From Armatimonadota bacterium (GTDB lineage Bacteria; Armatimonadota; DTGP01; DASXUI01), in NCBI GenBank assembly GCA_036504955.1, contig DASXUI010000320.1, positions 3,071 to 67,070 on the forward strand: 64,000 nucleotides of DNA. The letters run 5' to 3'. Shown here in pieces: positions 31,921 through 41,553 of the stretch; position 1 is the first letter of the stretch; every line of letters starts with the position of its first letter. Made by a program: the position numbers and the translations under genes. The notes under the pieces were generated by a model that saw only the letters and a program-made list of their open reading frames with translations, was not told the origin of the DNA and ran no database searches.

Positions 31921-33394
31921 GGCCACGTCTCTAGTACTACAACGACGAGCTTGGATCGGCTAGAGTAGCCCTGGCGAGCCGGCGTGGACGCCAGGGAGTT
32001 GACGGTTGAACCTTCAGAACTTCGAGCAGGTGCGGGAGAGTTTCGCCGCCTTCCACGCCCAGGTGGCCGCGGCCTTTGGCCGCAAGCAGTGGCGCGAACG
32101 CAGTCAGCAGTACCTGCAGGCCCTGCTGGTGCAGAGCCAGGAGCGCTGCAACGCCGAGAACCTTGCCGAGGTGGTGCCCGCCTCCCCCCGGGTGCTGCAG
32201 CGCTTCCTGACCGAGGCCTCCTGGGACGAGGAGAGTGTGTTGCACCGGCTGCGGGAAGTGATGGCCCCCCGGCTGCAGGACTCTGAGGGAGTCTGGGTGG
32301 TGGACGAGACCAGCTTCCCCAAGCAGGGGAACAAGAGCGTGGGGGTGGCGCGGCAGTACTGCGGGGCCCTGGGCAAGAAGGCCAACTGCCAAGCGGGGGT
32401 CTTCCTGGCCTACGTGAGTCCCAAGGGACGCCTGCTGTTGGACCGGCGGCTCTACCTGCCTCAGGCCTGGCTGGACGAGCCGGAGCGTTGTCCAGGGGGC
32501 GGGTGTGCCCCAGGCGGCTCAGGAGTACCACAGCAAGACGGCCTTGGCGCTGCAACTGCTGACGCAGGCGCTGGCGGAAGGTCTGCTGCAGTCCTGCTGG
32601 GTAGCGGGGGACGACCTCTACGGTCAGTCCCCCAGCTTCCGGCAGGGGGTGGAGGCCCTGGGCCTGGGGTACGTGCTGGACCTGCCGCCCAGCGCTCCAG
32701 CCTGGCCGGAGGCGGTGACCTGGGAGCAGCCTCCCTACCGGGGCTACGGCCGACCGCCGGTCGCCCAGCCGACGGCAGGCCAACGGAAGAGCCTGGAGGA
32801 ACGGGCTCAAGCCCTGCCCGACCAAGCCTGGCAGCGCCTGACTTTGGCGGAAGGCGCCCAAGGTCCCCGGACCTATCTCTTTGCCGTGGAGCGGGGCCGC
32901 TTGAGTGAAGCGAAGGGTCCCGGCTCGGGGGCTTGGCTGGTCTACCGGCGGAACCTGGACGGCAGCGAAGCTCGCTACTATGTTTCCAACGCGCCGGAGG
33001 AGACGGCCTGGCAAGTGCTGGCGAAGGTGGCGGCTTCCCGCTGGCCCATCGAGACGGAGTTCCGCTGCAACAAAGGGCTGGTGGGCCTGGATGAGTACGA
33101 GGTGAGGAGCTGGTCGGGCTGGCATCACCACATCACCATGAGTCTCTTGGCTAGCGCCTTCCTGTTGTGCTTGCAGCAGGACTGGGGGGGAAAACGAGGC
33201 CCCCATCACCCGGCCCCAGGCCTACCGGATCGTCTCCGAGATCTTACCGCGCAAGCGTTGGACCCCAGAGCAACTGCTGGAGTGGTTGCAGGGAACCCAG
33301 GAGCGCAATGAAGCGGCAAAGCGCTCCCATGCTAAGCGTCGGCGCCTCCGAGATGCCCAGGAGGCATCGGCATGACTCGTCGTTGTAGTACTAG
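31921..33394 (+). mobile_element. IS701-family insertion sequence (1.47 kb) with perfect 19-bp terminal inverted repeats; transposase frameshifted
   Basis: ctagtactacaacgacgag at 31921..31939 and its exact reverse complement at 33376..33394. Encloses the IS701-type transposase ORFs. Confidence 0.8.
32006..33311 (+). pseudogene. IS701-family transposase, single +1 frameshift near 32490
   Basis: VVDETSFPKQGNKSVGVARQYCGALGKKANCQAGVFLAYVSPKGRLLLDRRLYLPQAW in ORF 32006..32908. Continues as AGVPQAAQEYHSKTALALQ...WPIETEFRCNKGLVGLDEYEVRSWSGWHHHITMSLLASAFL in ORF 32505..33311. Confidence 0.8.
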
Positions 33395-34254
33395 GCCCTT
33401 CTTCGACTGGGCTGACGTGCGCTTCACTTCTCATGGTCTCCTCCGATCACGCAGCACCGCCAGTCCGTTGAGACCCCAATGCGGTGAGTGGCGGGGACGC
33501 GGTGGGCCTTCCCTTTCAGTCGGCCCGGCAGCCGACTTACGCTGTACCCAGAGACGGGTGGTCCGGCACGTGGAGACGGCGGGCCTGGCGCAGTGACCCG
33601 TCGGTGGGGCGCTGGACCGTCACCAGAGATGCCACCACCCTCTCCGCCTACTGACCCCTCCCCGTAGGTGGGAGGAACTGGGCATCCCGCCGCCGCATGG
33701 CGAGTTACCCCAAGGCCCCCTCGGCCTCGCCGCCAGGGCTGTTTGCCCTTAGCCAGCAACTGAAGGGCAGCAACGACGGCGGCCGACGCGGCGTCAAGCA
33801 GGATCGGGCCTCGTAGCCAGCCAAGACCTACCGCACCGTGTCCGGGACAACGCCGGATGCTCCGTTCCGCGCCCTGCGGGCCCCACTGGAATCGCTGCGC
33901 TCTTGGCGAGATGGGTAGCGCGTGTGGGCCTTGGGGACCCGGACAGCCGAGCGTAGGGCCACGACCGGATGCAACTCCCCCTATCCTCAGTATGTGCCAT
34001 CGCGCCGCCCGCTGTCGCCGTCCCAATGGATTGCTATTTGTGATGATGCCGATAGCCCGTAGGCAGTTAGCCAAGCGATGTGACGTGGTCCCTGTGAGGC
34101 AGACAGACTGCTGCACCCATCCACCCTCCGGTCACGCCCTCACCAGAGACACGCATGCACTCTTGGGTGCCTCGGAGTCAGTACGAGCGATACGTCGACC
34201 AGCCTAACCGAACGGCTCGCCGCGCCCCAGGAGCAAGGGGGCGCAGTGAACCAA

Positions 34255-35295
34255 CTAGAACAACAAGTACCCCAGAATCTTGTTGGGCCAATGGCCGCGA
34301 CGATCGAGTACGAAGCGAGTTAGCTCGGCCGCTAGTGCCTCCGACGTGGTCTTCATCAGCACGTATTCCGGATAGGTGTACCGGTTGTGGTATTCCGCCT
34401 TCTCCAGCGACCCCCTAAAGTCCGGATCATTGATACTAGATATGAATACGTTATACGGGCCGAGCAGGTTAGTGACGTCGCTTTCGCCGCAGTCCGAGTA
34501 GACGTGACAGATTCTCTCCAGCGGAGTGTGACCCAGCTGACCGCGGATATAGGGCTCCTTGTCGGTCTTCGTTGACGAGTTAAGCACAACAGACAGCAAC
34601 CCGAAGTACATTAATACCCGGCTGTGGCGCAGCTTGGCATTCCTAATCGCCCACTTCTCGTGTTCATTTAGGAAGTTCACTTCGTAGTTGACGCAGACTG
34701 ACCTGAAGAACCGGATGATCTCATTCAGAAGCATCAATGGCTGTTTGTCAGGCTCCTTGTGGCTGTAGCGCATATAGGCGTCGAGAACACACTGCGTCGC
34801 ATCGCGGAATAGCTTCTCGTTGTATACGCACTTCGCCTCCAACAGAAGCACCATACGACGCGCCAGATCATGAAGTCCATCATCTTTACCGCCGATACCA
34901 TCCGTTACAGTCTCGATGCTAATTGCGGAAGAGAACAGGCCGGTCGGGTTGGGTAACGGAATATCGAGGTCTTGAATGATACTGCGGACATGTTCGATGA
35001 CAGGGGAGATAGCAGTGGTGCTCGGAGCATGCTTGATCAGAATCAGGAAATCAGCATCGCTCCGTGGGCCTGCATCGAGCCGACCATAGGATCCCGCCAG
35101 GGCCACAGAGAACCACGCATCGGTAAAGCGATCGGCGAGCCTATCGGCCAGAGCATTCAGTCTCTCAGCGCTGTATCTCCAGGACGCCGTAAGGGTCGGG
35201 CAGCGACGGAGGCTGGTGTTTGCCGGGATGTCGGGGGTATCACTATAACGAATTGGATCGCCTGGGTATCGCATGCCAACTGTCATGAAGAGCAA
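34255..35295 (-). CDS. GlnD/GlnE-DUF294-type nucleotidyltransferase (Pol-beta superfamily) with a helical C-terminal domain
   Basis: GS-x9-DxD motif AGSYGRLDAGPRSDADFLILI closely resembles the GGYGRGEL-P-SDIDLLIL motif of GlnD/GlnE/DUF294. GC about 53-55%, well below the ~66% background. Separated from the upstream gene by 3 nt. Confidence 0.65.
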   Translation of the reverse strand: MLFMTVGMRYPGDPIRYSDTPDIPANTSLRRCPTLTASWRYSAERLNALADRLADRFTDAWFSVALAGSYGRLDAGPRSDADFLILIKHAPSTTAISPVIEHVRSIIQDLDIPLPNPTGLFSSAISIETVTDGIGGKDDGLHDLARRMVLLLEAKCVYNEKLFRDATQCVLDAYMRYSHKEPDKQPLMLLNEIIRFFRSVCVNYEVNFLNEHEKWAIRNAKLRHSRVLMYFGLLSVVLNSSTKTDKEPYIRGQLGHTPLERICHVYSDCGESDVTNLLGPYNVFISSINDPDFRGSLEKAEYHNRYTYPEYVLMKTTSEALAAELTRFVLDRRGHWPNKILGYLLF

Positions 35296-35298
35296 TCC

Positions 35299-36726
35299 TC
35301 ACGGGAGCAGGTAGCGTCCACTGAACGGATCTGAGCGAACGCGAAGGATAACGTCGAAACCTTCATCGGGTCTAGGCCGCTCGAAGAGCGCAGCAGCATG
35401 GTGGATGCGCGAATCAGACAGAACGCGAGACCGGAGTCGATTGCGTCGAAGCACAACACCCAGCGGCTCATCGAACCAAAGGCAAACAATACGGGCGTTC
35501 GATCTCTTGGCTAGATTGACCCACAAGTGCCTGTACCGACGCTCTAGGTTAGTGGCATCTACGACCACGGAGTGACCTCCGACCAGATGCCGACGCGCCA
35601 TGGCTCTCAGTGCCCTGAAGAGCACGGCATTGGCTCCTGGGTCTGTGGGGCTAACTGCGAGGAGGCCTCGGAGTCGGTCCGAGCTGACTACGGGCCGCTG
35701 CTGCAAGGACGACCATGTTGACTTGCCGGACGCTGGTAGACCTACAAGGAGCACCATCTCCGGTGCACGCAGCCTGATTCGGTTCGTCCCCTCCATCACC
35801 TCAGCCAAACAGTAGGGGGCGGGAAGTGGCAACGGTGCCGCTTCCAGCAAAGCACCACGGTACGCCGCCTCGTCGGCGGCTCCGTCAATAACGCCTGATC
35901 CGGTGGCCGACGTAACTGCGCCACTCACCTGCCTGGTTGCTTGCCTGACGACCGATACCCGATGGGCGACTTGGAAGCCAGCACAGAACAACCCGGCCGT
36001 CCAGAATCGTGTGGCGGGACCATGGTTCTTGAATCGATCGCTGAAGCCGCCGCAGAGCACGCTCGCTGTACGCCCCGCGCTCACCACCGCCGCGCTGAAC
36101 AGGTCTTCGTATGCAGGGATGGCCGTCGTGGCCGGATCCACTTCCGGAGCGTGCGCAAGATACACTTCCGACCCTAGGAGTCGCGGAAGGGCGGGGTCGT
36201 CTGCCCCGCAATGCCCTACCACGACAAGGCTGGTGGCCTCTTCGTGACAGAGCAGGTGACTGCGTAGTGCATCCCTGTCGAGGATCACACCCGCAGACAG
36301 CAGAAAGATAACCTGCCCGTGAGCATGAGCAACTGCTAGGTTCTTGGCAGCCTGGGGAGGGGTAGATGGGAGCGCCAGATGCCTCACCCCGCCGAGAAGG
36401 CTCGAGTAGTGCGCCCAGGTTCTGTCGGTGCGGCAGACCTGGCTGACCGACACATCAACCACGAGCACCTCAACGAGCGGTCGCTCCCCACAGATGAGCG
36501 ACTGCTCTGCTATCGATGCAAGCGTAAGGTGCAGGGCAGCCGATCCGTGAGCGACGAGAACGACAACGGTTACCGCTGTGTGCTGCCCCCGCGCCATGGC
36601 CTGGGTGCCAGCGCCCGAGTTGCCGGACGGGTTGTCTGTCGGACGTGCAACTGGGCGCGAGGGATGATCGCGTGTCTTAAGCACATCAACGTAACTCATC
36701 GGCCTCGCAATTGGCATAGTACGCAC
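35299..36726 (-). CDS. Fusion protein: N-terminal GT2-type glycosyltransferase-like domain, C-terminal P-loop kinase (AAA_33/zeta-toxin/CPT-like) domain
   Basis: N-terminal TVVVLVAHGSAALHLTLASIAEQ...LVVDVS...AHAHGQVIFLLSAGVILDRD (GT-A-like). C-terminal Walker A LLVGLPASGKST, VVVDATNLERRYR and CLWFDEPLGVVLRRNR. GC about 58-60%. Confidence 0.6.
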   Translation of the reverse strand: MRTMPIARPMSYVDVLKTRDHPSRPVARPTDNPSGNSGAGTQAMARGQHTAVTVVVLVAHGSAALHLTLASIAEQSLICGERPLVEVLVVDVSVSQVCRTDRTWAHYSSLLGGVRHLALPSTPPQAAKNLAVAHAHGQVIFLLSAGVILDRDALRSHLLCHEEATSLVVVGHCGADDPALPRLLGSEVYLAHAPEVDPATTAIPAYEDLFSAAVVSAGRTASVLCGGFSDRFKNHGPATRFWTAGLFCAGFQVAHRVSVVRQATRQVSGAVTSATGSGVIDGAADEAAYRGALLEAAPLPLPAPYCLAEVMEGTNRIRLRAPEMVLLVGLPASGKSTWSSLQQRPVVSSDRLRGLLAVSPTDPGANAVLFRALRAMARRHLVGGHSVVVDATNLERRYRHLWVNLAKRSNARIVCLWFDEPLGVVLRRNRLRSRVLSDSRIHHAAALFERPRPDEGFDVILRVRSDPFSGRYLLP

Positions 36727-37353
36727 GGAGAAAGCCTACCTAACCTGCATAGGGGTCCGGAGCAAGGCAACCATGCCTGGATTCGCCACGAGTATGGGCT
36801 AGTCCTCGGCCGCTGGGTATCTACTGACGCGGGGTCGCGGAGCGGGCCTCTGCCTTTCGACGATGTGAGCGCTGCCAGCCACCGTTGCCAGGCAGGAACG
36901 CCTCGGACCCCGCGCCCCTTGACGTCATCTGGTGGGGAGTGGCTGCCGCCCGGGCCGAGGAATACCACGCGCATCGAGCCGCCCTCCGCTTCCGTGCTTC
37001 CCAACGGTGAGCGTGGCCCCGTAGATACATTGGCCCGGCGATCCCTCTTGAGAGGCCAGGTATGGGCCCGGAGCTTGTCGAGCAGTCCCAGTTCAGCCTT
37101 CAGGCCGGGAAGAATCTGATCCCTAATCTGCTGGTACGTGTCGGCGCCGAACTCCGGTTGGCTCCCACCAGGACACCGGCCTAGTACCGCAACGGGGAAT
37201 CGCAATGGGCGGTTGTATGTCACTATCGGCCTATTGCCTGCTATGAGCGTGGGCTACCAGCCCAAGGGCCGCCACCTGACTTTTCGCAGTTGTCGTAGTC
37301 ATCAGCCGCTGCGGTCTCGTCGTTGCAGCACTAGAGACATGGCCGTGTAGGTC

Positions 37354-37373
37354 CGGTTGCTACAGGCAACAGA
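37354..37373. repeat. Right copy of the 20-bp inverted repeat (reverse complement of 31892..31911)
   Basis: ccggttgctacaggcaacag. Lies 180 bp outside the IS21 copy-1 terminus. Confidence 0.6.
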
Positions 37374-37642
37374 ATCCGGTCGCGGGGTTCCTCGGTCCTC
37401 AGATGGATCTCCATCCTGAAAATGGGGCTCAGGAGGGCGGTGGATGCTGGGTTGGCGCATGAAGCAAGTCATTCCTCGAATGAAGGCAACGTCTGGCCCC
37501 TAGGACTACTGGAGGGGAGCTTCCATGGCCAGTTGGCCTAGGCCTGTCAAACGGCGCGAGGATCTGAGCCACTACACGGCGTCAAGAATTGAGCCACCCC
37601 TGGCCGGTAGGTGAGCCTGAAGTGGTGGGCGAGAGGCTCCTT

Positions 37643-38452
37643 TCAGACGGACGCGGACGGCGAGTCCGCCGGGCCGGTCGAGGGAACGTCTAGGGGTACA
37701 CCCGCGCGTTTGCGCTCCCTCAGCCGGTAGCTCTCCCCGCGGATGTGAACCACCGTGCAGCGGTGCAGCAACCGGTCCAGCGCGGCGGCAGCCATGACCG
37801 CGTCCCCCGCGGAGATCTCACCCCACTCCCCAAAGGCTTTGTTGGAGGTCAGGATGACCGACTGGCTCCGCTCATACCGATGGCACAGCGCCTGGAAGAG
37901 CAGCGACGCCTGGGTGTTGTCCAGGGTCAGGTAGCCTACCTCATCGAGGATCAGCACCTTGGGCTGCAGAAGCTTCCTCATCTCCCGGTGCAGCCGGTTC
38001 TCTGAAAACGCCAGGGAGAGCTTGCGGGCCAGCTCGATGGCCGAGGTGAAGTAGGCCCGGTGGCCGCGCTCACAGGCCAGGAGGCCCAACCCCAGCGCCA
38101 GGTGGGTCTTCCCGACGCCGGGCGCACCGAGGAAGACCAGGTTGCGGCCCTCATAGAGGAAGCGCAAGGTGGAGAGTTCCTCGATGAGGCGACGATCCAG
38201 CGAGGGTAGGGCCTCGAAATCGAAGTCGGCCAGCCGCTTGAGCAGGGGGAAGCGAGCGAACTTGAGGTTGAACTCTACGCTTCGTCGATGGCGTTCCTGG
38301 ACCTCAGCGTCCAGCAGGTAGCCCAGGAAGGCGCTGTAGCTCCAAGACTCCGCCGCCGCCCGCTGGCAAGCGCCATCGAGACGTTCCTGCACCCCCTTGA
38401 GTCCCAGCTTCTCCAGGGCGGCCTGGGCCTGCTCTTCGAGGAGAGGGGTCAC
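37643..38452 (-). CDS. istB: IS21 IstB ATPase helper
   Basis: GTG start at VTPLLEEQ. Walker A NLVFLGAPGVGKTHLALGLG, Walker B LLILDEVGYL, C-terminal SVILTSNKAFGEWGEI. The tracked ORF (to 38956) carries a spurious 168-aa low-complexity N-terminal extension. Confidence 0.8.
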   Translation of the reverse strand: MTPLLEEQAQAALEKLGLKGVQERLDGACQRAAAESWSYSAFLGYLLDAEVQERHRRSVEFNLKFARFPLLKRLADFDFEALPSLDRRLIEELSTLRFLYEGRNLVFLGAPGVGKTHLALGLGLLACERGHRAYFTSAIELARKLSLAFSENRLHREMRKLLQPKVLILDEVGYLTLDNTQASLLFQALCHRYERSQSVILTSNKAFGEWGEISAGDAVMAAAALDRLLHRCTVVHIRGESYRLRERKRAGVPLDVPSTGPADSPSASV

Positions 38453-38541
38453 GAGACCAACTCCTCGTAGTGGCTCAGGGGTGGCACGGTCACGGCCTCC
38501 GCCGCCGTCCACTGCAGCGCGGGCTGAGGCGGTGGGCTCTT

Positions 38542-39619
38542 CTAGAGGGTCTGCTGCCACAGAGCGGTGACGTGCTCGGCGGTGGCCACCGAGGCACCGG
38601 GAGCGCCGCGAGGGTGCTCGGCGAGGACCAGGTCCCCCAGCTTGACCTGGACCCGCTGCTCCTGCTGCACGACGACCACGGGCTGGCCCACGTACTGGGG
38701 CGGCACCGAGTAGCGCACACTGGCCAGGTGGACGAAGCCCTCGGCGTCCGCCCGGCGGGAGTGGCGCAGACAGAGCAAGTAGGGCGGGATCTCCGAGAGG
38801 GGGGACAGGCCCTCCCGAGGCAGCAGATCCAGGGGCCGCTCCCCGGTGGTGGCGTGAACGCGGCGGTTGGCTTGCTCTAGCCAGAGACGGCCCTGCTGGC
38901 TCAGGTCCTGAAGGCCCGCGAAGGAGCGGCCTCGCAGGAAGTTGTCTTTGAGGCAATCCACCCTCCGCTCCACCTTGCCCTTGGTGCGGGGCCGGTAAGG
39001 GCGGTGGGTACGCACGGCGAAGCCGTAGTGGGCGGAGAAGTCAGCGAAGAGGGGGTGCAAACCGCCCTGGGGTCGCTTCACCTGGGCCGTGTTGTGATAG
39101 AGGAGGGTGCTGGGCACCCCGCCCAGGAAGCTGAAGGCCCGCTGATGGCAGGTGATGAGGGTAGGCAGATCCATGGAGCGGGTGAACTCCAGGTAGAGCA
39201 GCCGGGAGAAGGAGAGGACTAGCACGAAGGCGTAGAGCTTGCCCTCTTCATCGGCCCCTATGTAGGCCCAGTCCACCTGGGCCTGGTGGCCTGGCGCGGT
39301 CTCGAAGCGCACGGTGGCTTTCCTCAGGTCCTGCTGCTACCGCATGGCCTCCATGGGCCGCTGGGCCAAGTCCACGGAGCCTGCGCAGCCCTGAGATCGA
39401 GGTCTGACCAGGAGCCGGGCGTCGGACAGCTCCCAGGCTTCGAGGCCCTTTTTCAGGTAGGGCTTGAGGGATCTGGACAGCTCGTGCGCCGAGGCTTCGG
39501 AGGGGCCGAGGCACCGTCTCCCGTAGCGCTCTGGCGACCGTGACGCGAGGGTAGCCGGTCCTTCGGGCAATCTCGCGTTACGAAAGTCGCTGGCGGAGTA
39601 GCCCCTTGATGTCCGGCAT
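38542..39619 (-). pseudogene. istA: IS21 IstA transposase, decayed (in-frame TAA, TAG and at least one frameshift)
   Basis: MPDIKGLLRQRLS*REIARRTGYPRVTVARALRE, with TAA at the conserved SQREIAR position. Frameshift, then ...AQRPMEAMR*QQDLRKATVRFETAPGHQAQVDWAY, with TAG where Q is expected. The DDE region is intact in ORF 39312..38542. Confidence 0.75.
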
Positions 39620-40089
39620 TCCTCTGGTCTGAGCATGGGAGGGCCTCCCTCGACGCCCTTAGCGATGGCTGCGCCAATGAAGCTCTCGGCCCAGAGTGGC
39701 TCACTTTACCACGCCGTCTGACACCCCAGACCGTGTCCGTGGACCAGAAGGTCCCACGATGGCCGCACGGGACGCCTACTAAGACCGGGCGCCGGCGACT
39801 GCCCTATCCGGTGGAGCCACGCGTGACTCAGGGGCGAGTAGGGCGGCGGATGGGACCACGAAGGACCTGTTCCGGCGGGTCTCGCAGTGCTAGGAGGGCC
39901 AACAGAAGCTCCGCGAGTGCGAGATGACTCTGCACCCCAGCACCAGACTGGACCTGACGTTGAGTGGCGTCCCGATCCGCGCGAGGGCGTTCTGGCGGGG
40001 ACTAGGGTTGTCGCGAGCTGGCTCTGGAAGTACGGGACCAGAACCGCGAAGGGCACCCGGAGAACCTGGATGCCCCAGTAGGTCGCGTC

Positions 40090-40482
40090 TCAGGATGCGG
40101 TCGCATCGCCCAATCGCTGGCCGGAGATCGTCTCCGGATCCTCTCCAGCTACGGCGCGGCCGATGTCCTCAATGGTGGCCCCAAGGCCAACCACCGCTTC
40201 CACGATGGCGTCGATCGAGGTGACTCCGCTGATGCCCCGTTCCAACCGGGAGGCCCGGGACTGGTTGATCCCCAGCTTCCCCCCAAGGTTCGCCTGGGTT
40301 AGGTTCTGGCCCTTGCGGAAGGTGCGGAAGAGCTTGGCGAGTCTGAGACGCAGCTCAACGCACGCCTCCAGCTCGGGGGTGAGCTGGAGGAAGTCGGCAT
40401 AGATGCCAGTGGACCATCCACCAGCGACCAGCCTGGCATCCTCCTCCGCGATCTTCGCACTATCCTCATCGGTGGGAGGCAC
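40090..40482 (-). CDS. XRE-family HTH protein, HigA-like antitoxin paralog (no adjacent toxin found)
   Basis: HTH LTQANLGGKLGINQSRASRLERG. Overall similarity to the 40921..41280 product. GTG start. Confidence 0.55.
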   Translation of the reverse strand: MPPTDEDSAKIAEEDARLVAGGWSTGIYADFLQLTPELEACVELRLRLAKLFRTFRKGQNLTQANLGGKLGINQSRASRLERGISGVTSIDAIVEAVVGLGATIEDIGRAVAGEDPETISGQRLGDATAS

Positions 40483-40920
40483 GAGACTGTCCTTTGCTTG
40501 CGTGGTCCGTTGAGCTGGCGCTCAACGCAGATCTAGTATTCCTTCGAACGCTCTCTGTAAGTGTCCTCTACCTGAGGCAACGGCTTGGTGGATGCCTCTG
40601 CAAGGATGCCGGGGACTGAATCGGGAGCCAGGAGGAGTGGAGTCAGGAACGACAGGGGGACCCAGGTCATCATTGGTGCCATGCTTGCTGGGCGGTCTAG
40701 GTTGCGGAGGCTAGTCCATGGGAGGGGATGACCTCCGAGCCTCTCCGGCGATCACCGGGGCCGCCTTGCTGAGGGTCGCCCCAAGCCTATACACTGCCAC
40801 CGCGATCGCCTACCGAGAGGCATGCCTGCCAGAAGCCCTCACCAGCTTGGGGCCAAGGACTGGTCCGTCCCAAGCAGTGTTCCCGGGCCGGCTGGGTGAT
40901 CCGTCCGCTGGCCCATGATG

Positions 40921-41280
40921 TCACTCTGCGACCACCTTGGCCTCACAGGTCCTGTCCAACTCGATTCCGGCGATGGCTAGTCCCACCTGCTCTACGGTTG
41001 CTCCGATGGAGTAGGCCATCAGAATCATGGCGTCCAGGGACGTGGAGGAATGGGCTTTCTGCATCTTCGCAACGCGGGAATGGTCTGTGCCTGCGGCAGC
41101 GGCTAGCCAAGTCTGTGTGAGCTGCCTCTCCTGCCGTTTCGCCCGAATGAGCCTCGCTACTCGTAAGCGAGTCTCTACCAGAGCGTGGTCTTCTGCGGAC
41201 AAGCCCAGAAGGTCTGCGTATCTCCCAATGGTCCACCCGTGGGAGATCAGGTTCGACCGCTCTTCATTGGTGAGCGGCAT
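40921..41280 (-). CDS. XRE-family HTH antitoxin (HigA-like)
   Basis: HTH LTQTWLAAAAGTDHSRVAKMQ. Lies immediately downstream of the RelE/ParE-like ORF in toxin-first HigBA order. Confidence 0.6.
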   Translation of the reverse strand: MPLTNEERSNLISHGWTIGRYADLLGLSAEDHALVETRLRVARLIRAKRQERQLTQTWLAAAAGTDHSRVAKMQKAHSSTSLDAMILMAYSIGATVEQVGLAIAGIELDRTCEAKVVAE

Positions 41281-41310
41281 GGATCACCATCCTCTCTCCG
41301 TGGCTGCTTC

Positions 41311-41553
41311 CTACATCCAACGGGCGCGGCGTTGGCCGGTGCTCTCCCCCATGGAGTGGCGTTTTGCGTGGATGTAGAAGGCAAGTCGCTCGCGGCAGTA
41401 GTTCAGTATCGTCGCAGGCGTCTCCCGCGACCTCGTAGCGTGAATGTCTGGAATGACAACTACATCGCTATCACCATCGATATGGTAGATGATCCTCCAG
41501 GGATGCTGTGCGTCACTAAGGATCAGTGCTGCGCAGTCCCTCAGGTCACCCAT
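41311..41553 (-). CDS. RelE/ParE/HigB-like toxin (N-terminus uncertain; frame open to 41631 without an ATG)
   Basis: WRIIYHIDGDSDVVVIPDIHATRSRE resembles the C-terminal RelE/ParE core. The 30-nt gap to the downstream HTH gene is consistent with a TA pair. Confidence 0.5.
   Translation of the reverse strand: MGDLRDCAALILSDAQHPWRIIYHIDGDSDVVVIPDIHATRSRETPATILNYCRERLAFYIHAKRHSMGESTGQRRARWM

Larger units (their letters stand above)
37555..39730 (-). mobile_element. IS21-family element, copy 1 (istA decayed, istB intact; boundaries approximate)
   Basis: istA and istB in the canonical order. Terminal regions carry repeated tgagccac motifs at both ends (37566, 37590 and the reverse complement near 39690). 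Confidence 0.65.

Noticed and set aside
30586-33209. Long ORFs antisense to the IS1182 and IS701 transposases (30586..31563 +, 31890..33209 -) and similar ones opposite the LSR and istA (43210..44160 -, 45753..47000 -)
   Set aside because: Low-complexity Pro/Arg/Gly-rich translations on the strand opposite clearly homologous genes. High-GC antisense artefacts.
33395-34254. ORFs 33424..34116 (-) and 33857..34207 (+) as possible decayed transposase of the inverted-repeat-bounded segment
   Set aside because: The translations are Arg/Pro/Gly-rich junk with no DDE or HTH motifs. There is no evidence that they are gene remnants.
36379-37223. ORFs 36379..37119 (+) and 36696..37223 (-) between the GT-kinase gene and IS21 copy 1
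   Set aside because: Mutually overlapping on opposite strands, with no GC3 bias or motifs. Treated as non-coding spacer inside the inverted-repeat-bounded segment.
38453-38956. 168-aa N-terminal extension of the istB ORF (tracked as a 437-aa protein)
   Set aside because: The extension is low-complexity (PRSRHHRGAAPGSAASGG...) and overlaps the istA C-terminus in another frame. istB homology begins at VTPLLEEQ with a GTG start.
18248-39640. Possibility that in-frame TAG/TAA codons reflect stop-codon reassignment (TAG/TAA read as Gln), as in some phages
   Set aside because: Many long ORFs in the window are clean under the standard code: the 718-aa secreted protein, 705-aa recombinase, 513-aa IstA, integrase, Rep and others. 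The stops occur only in genes that also carry frameshifts. Pseudogene decay explains this better than recoding.
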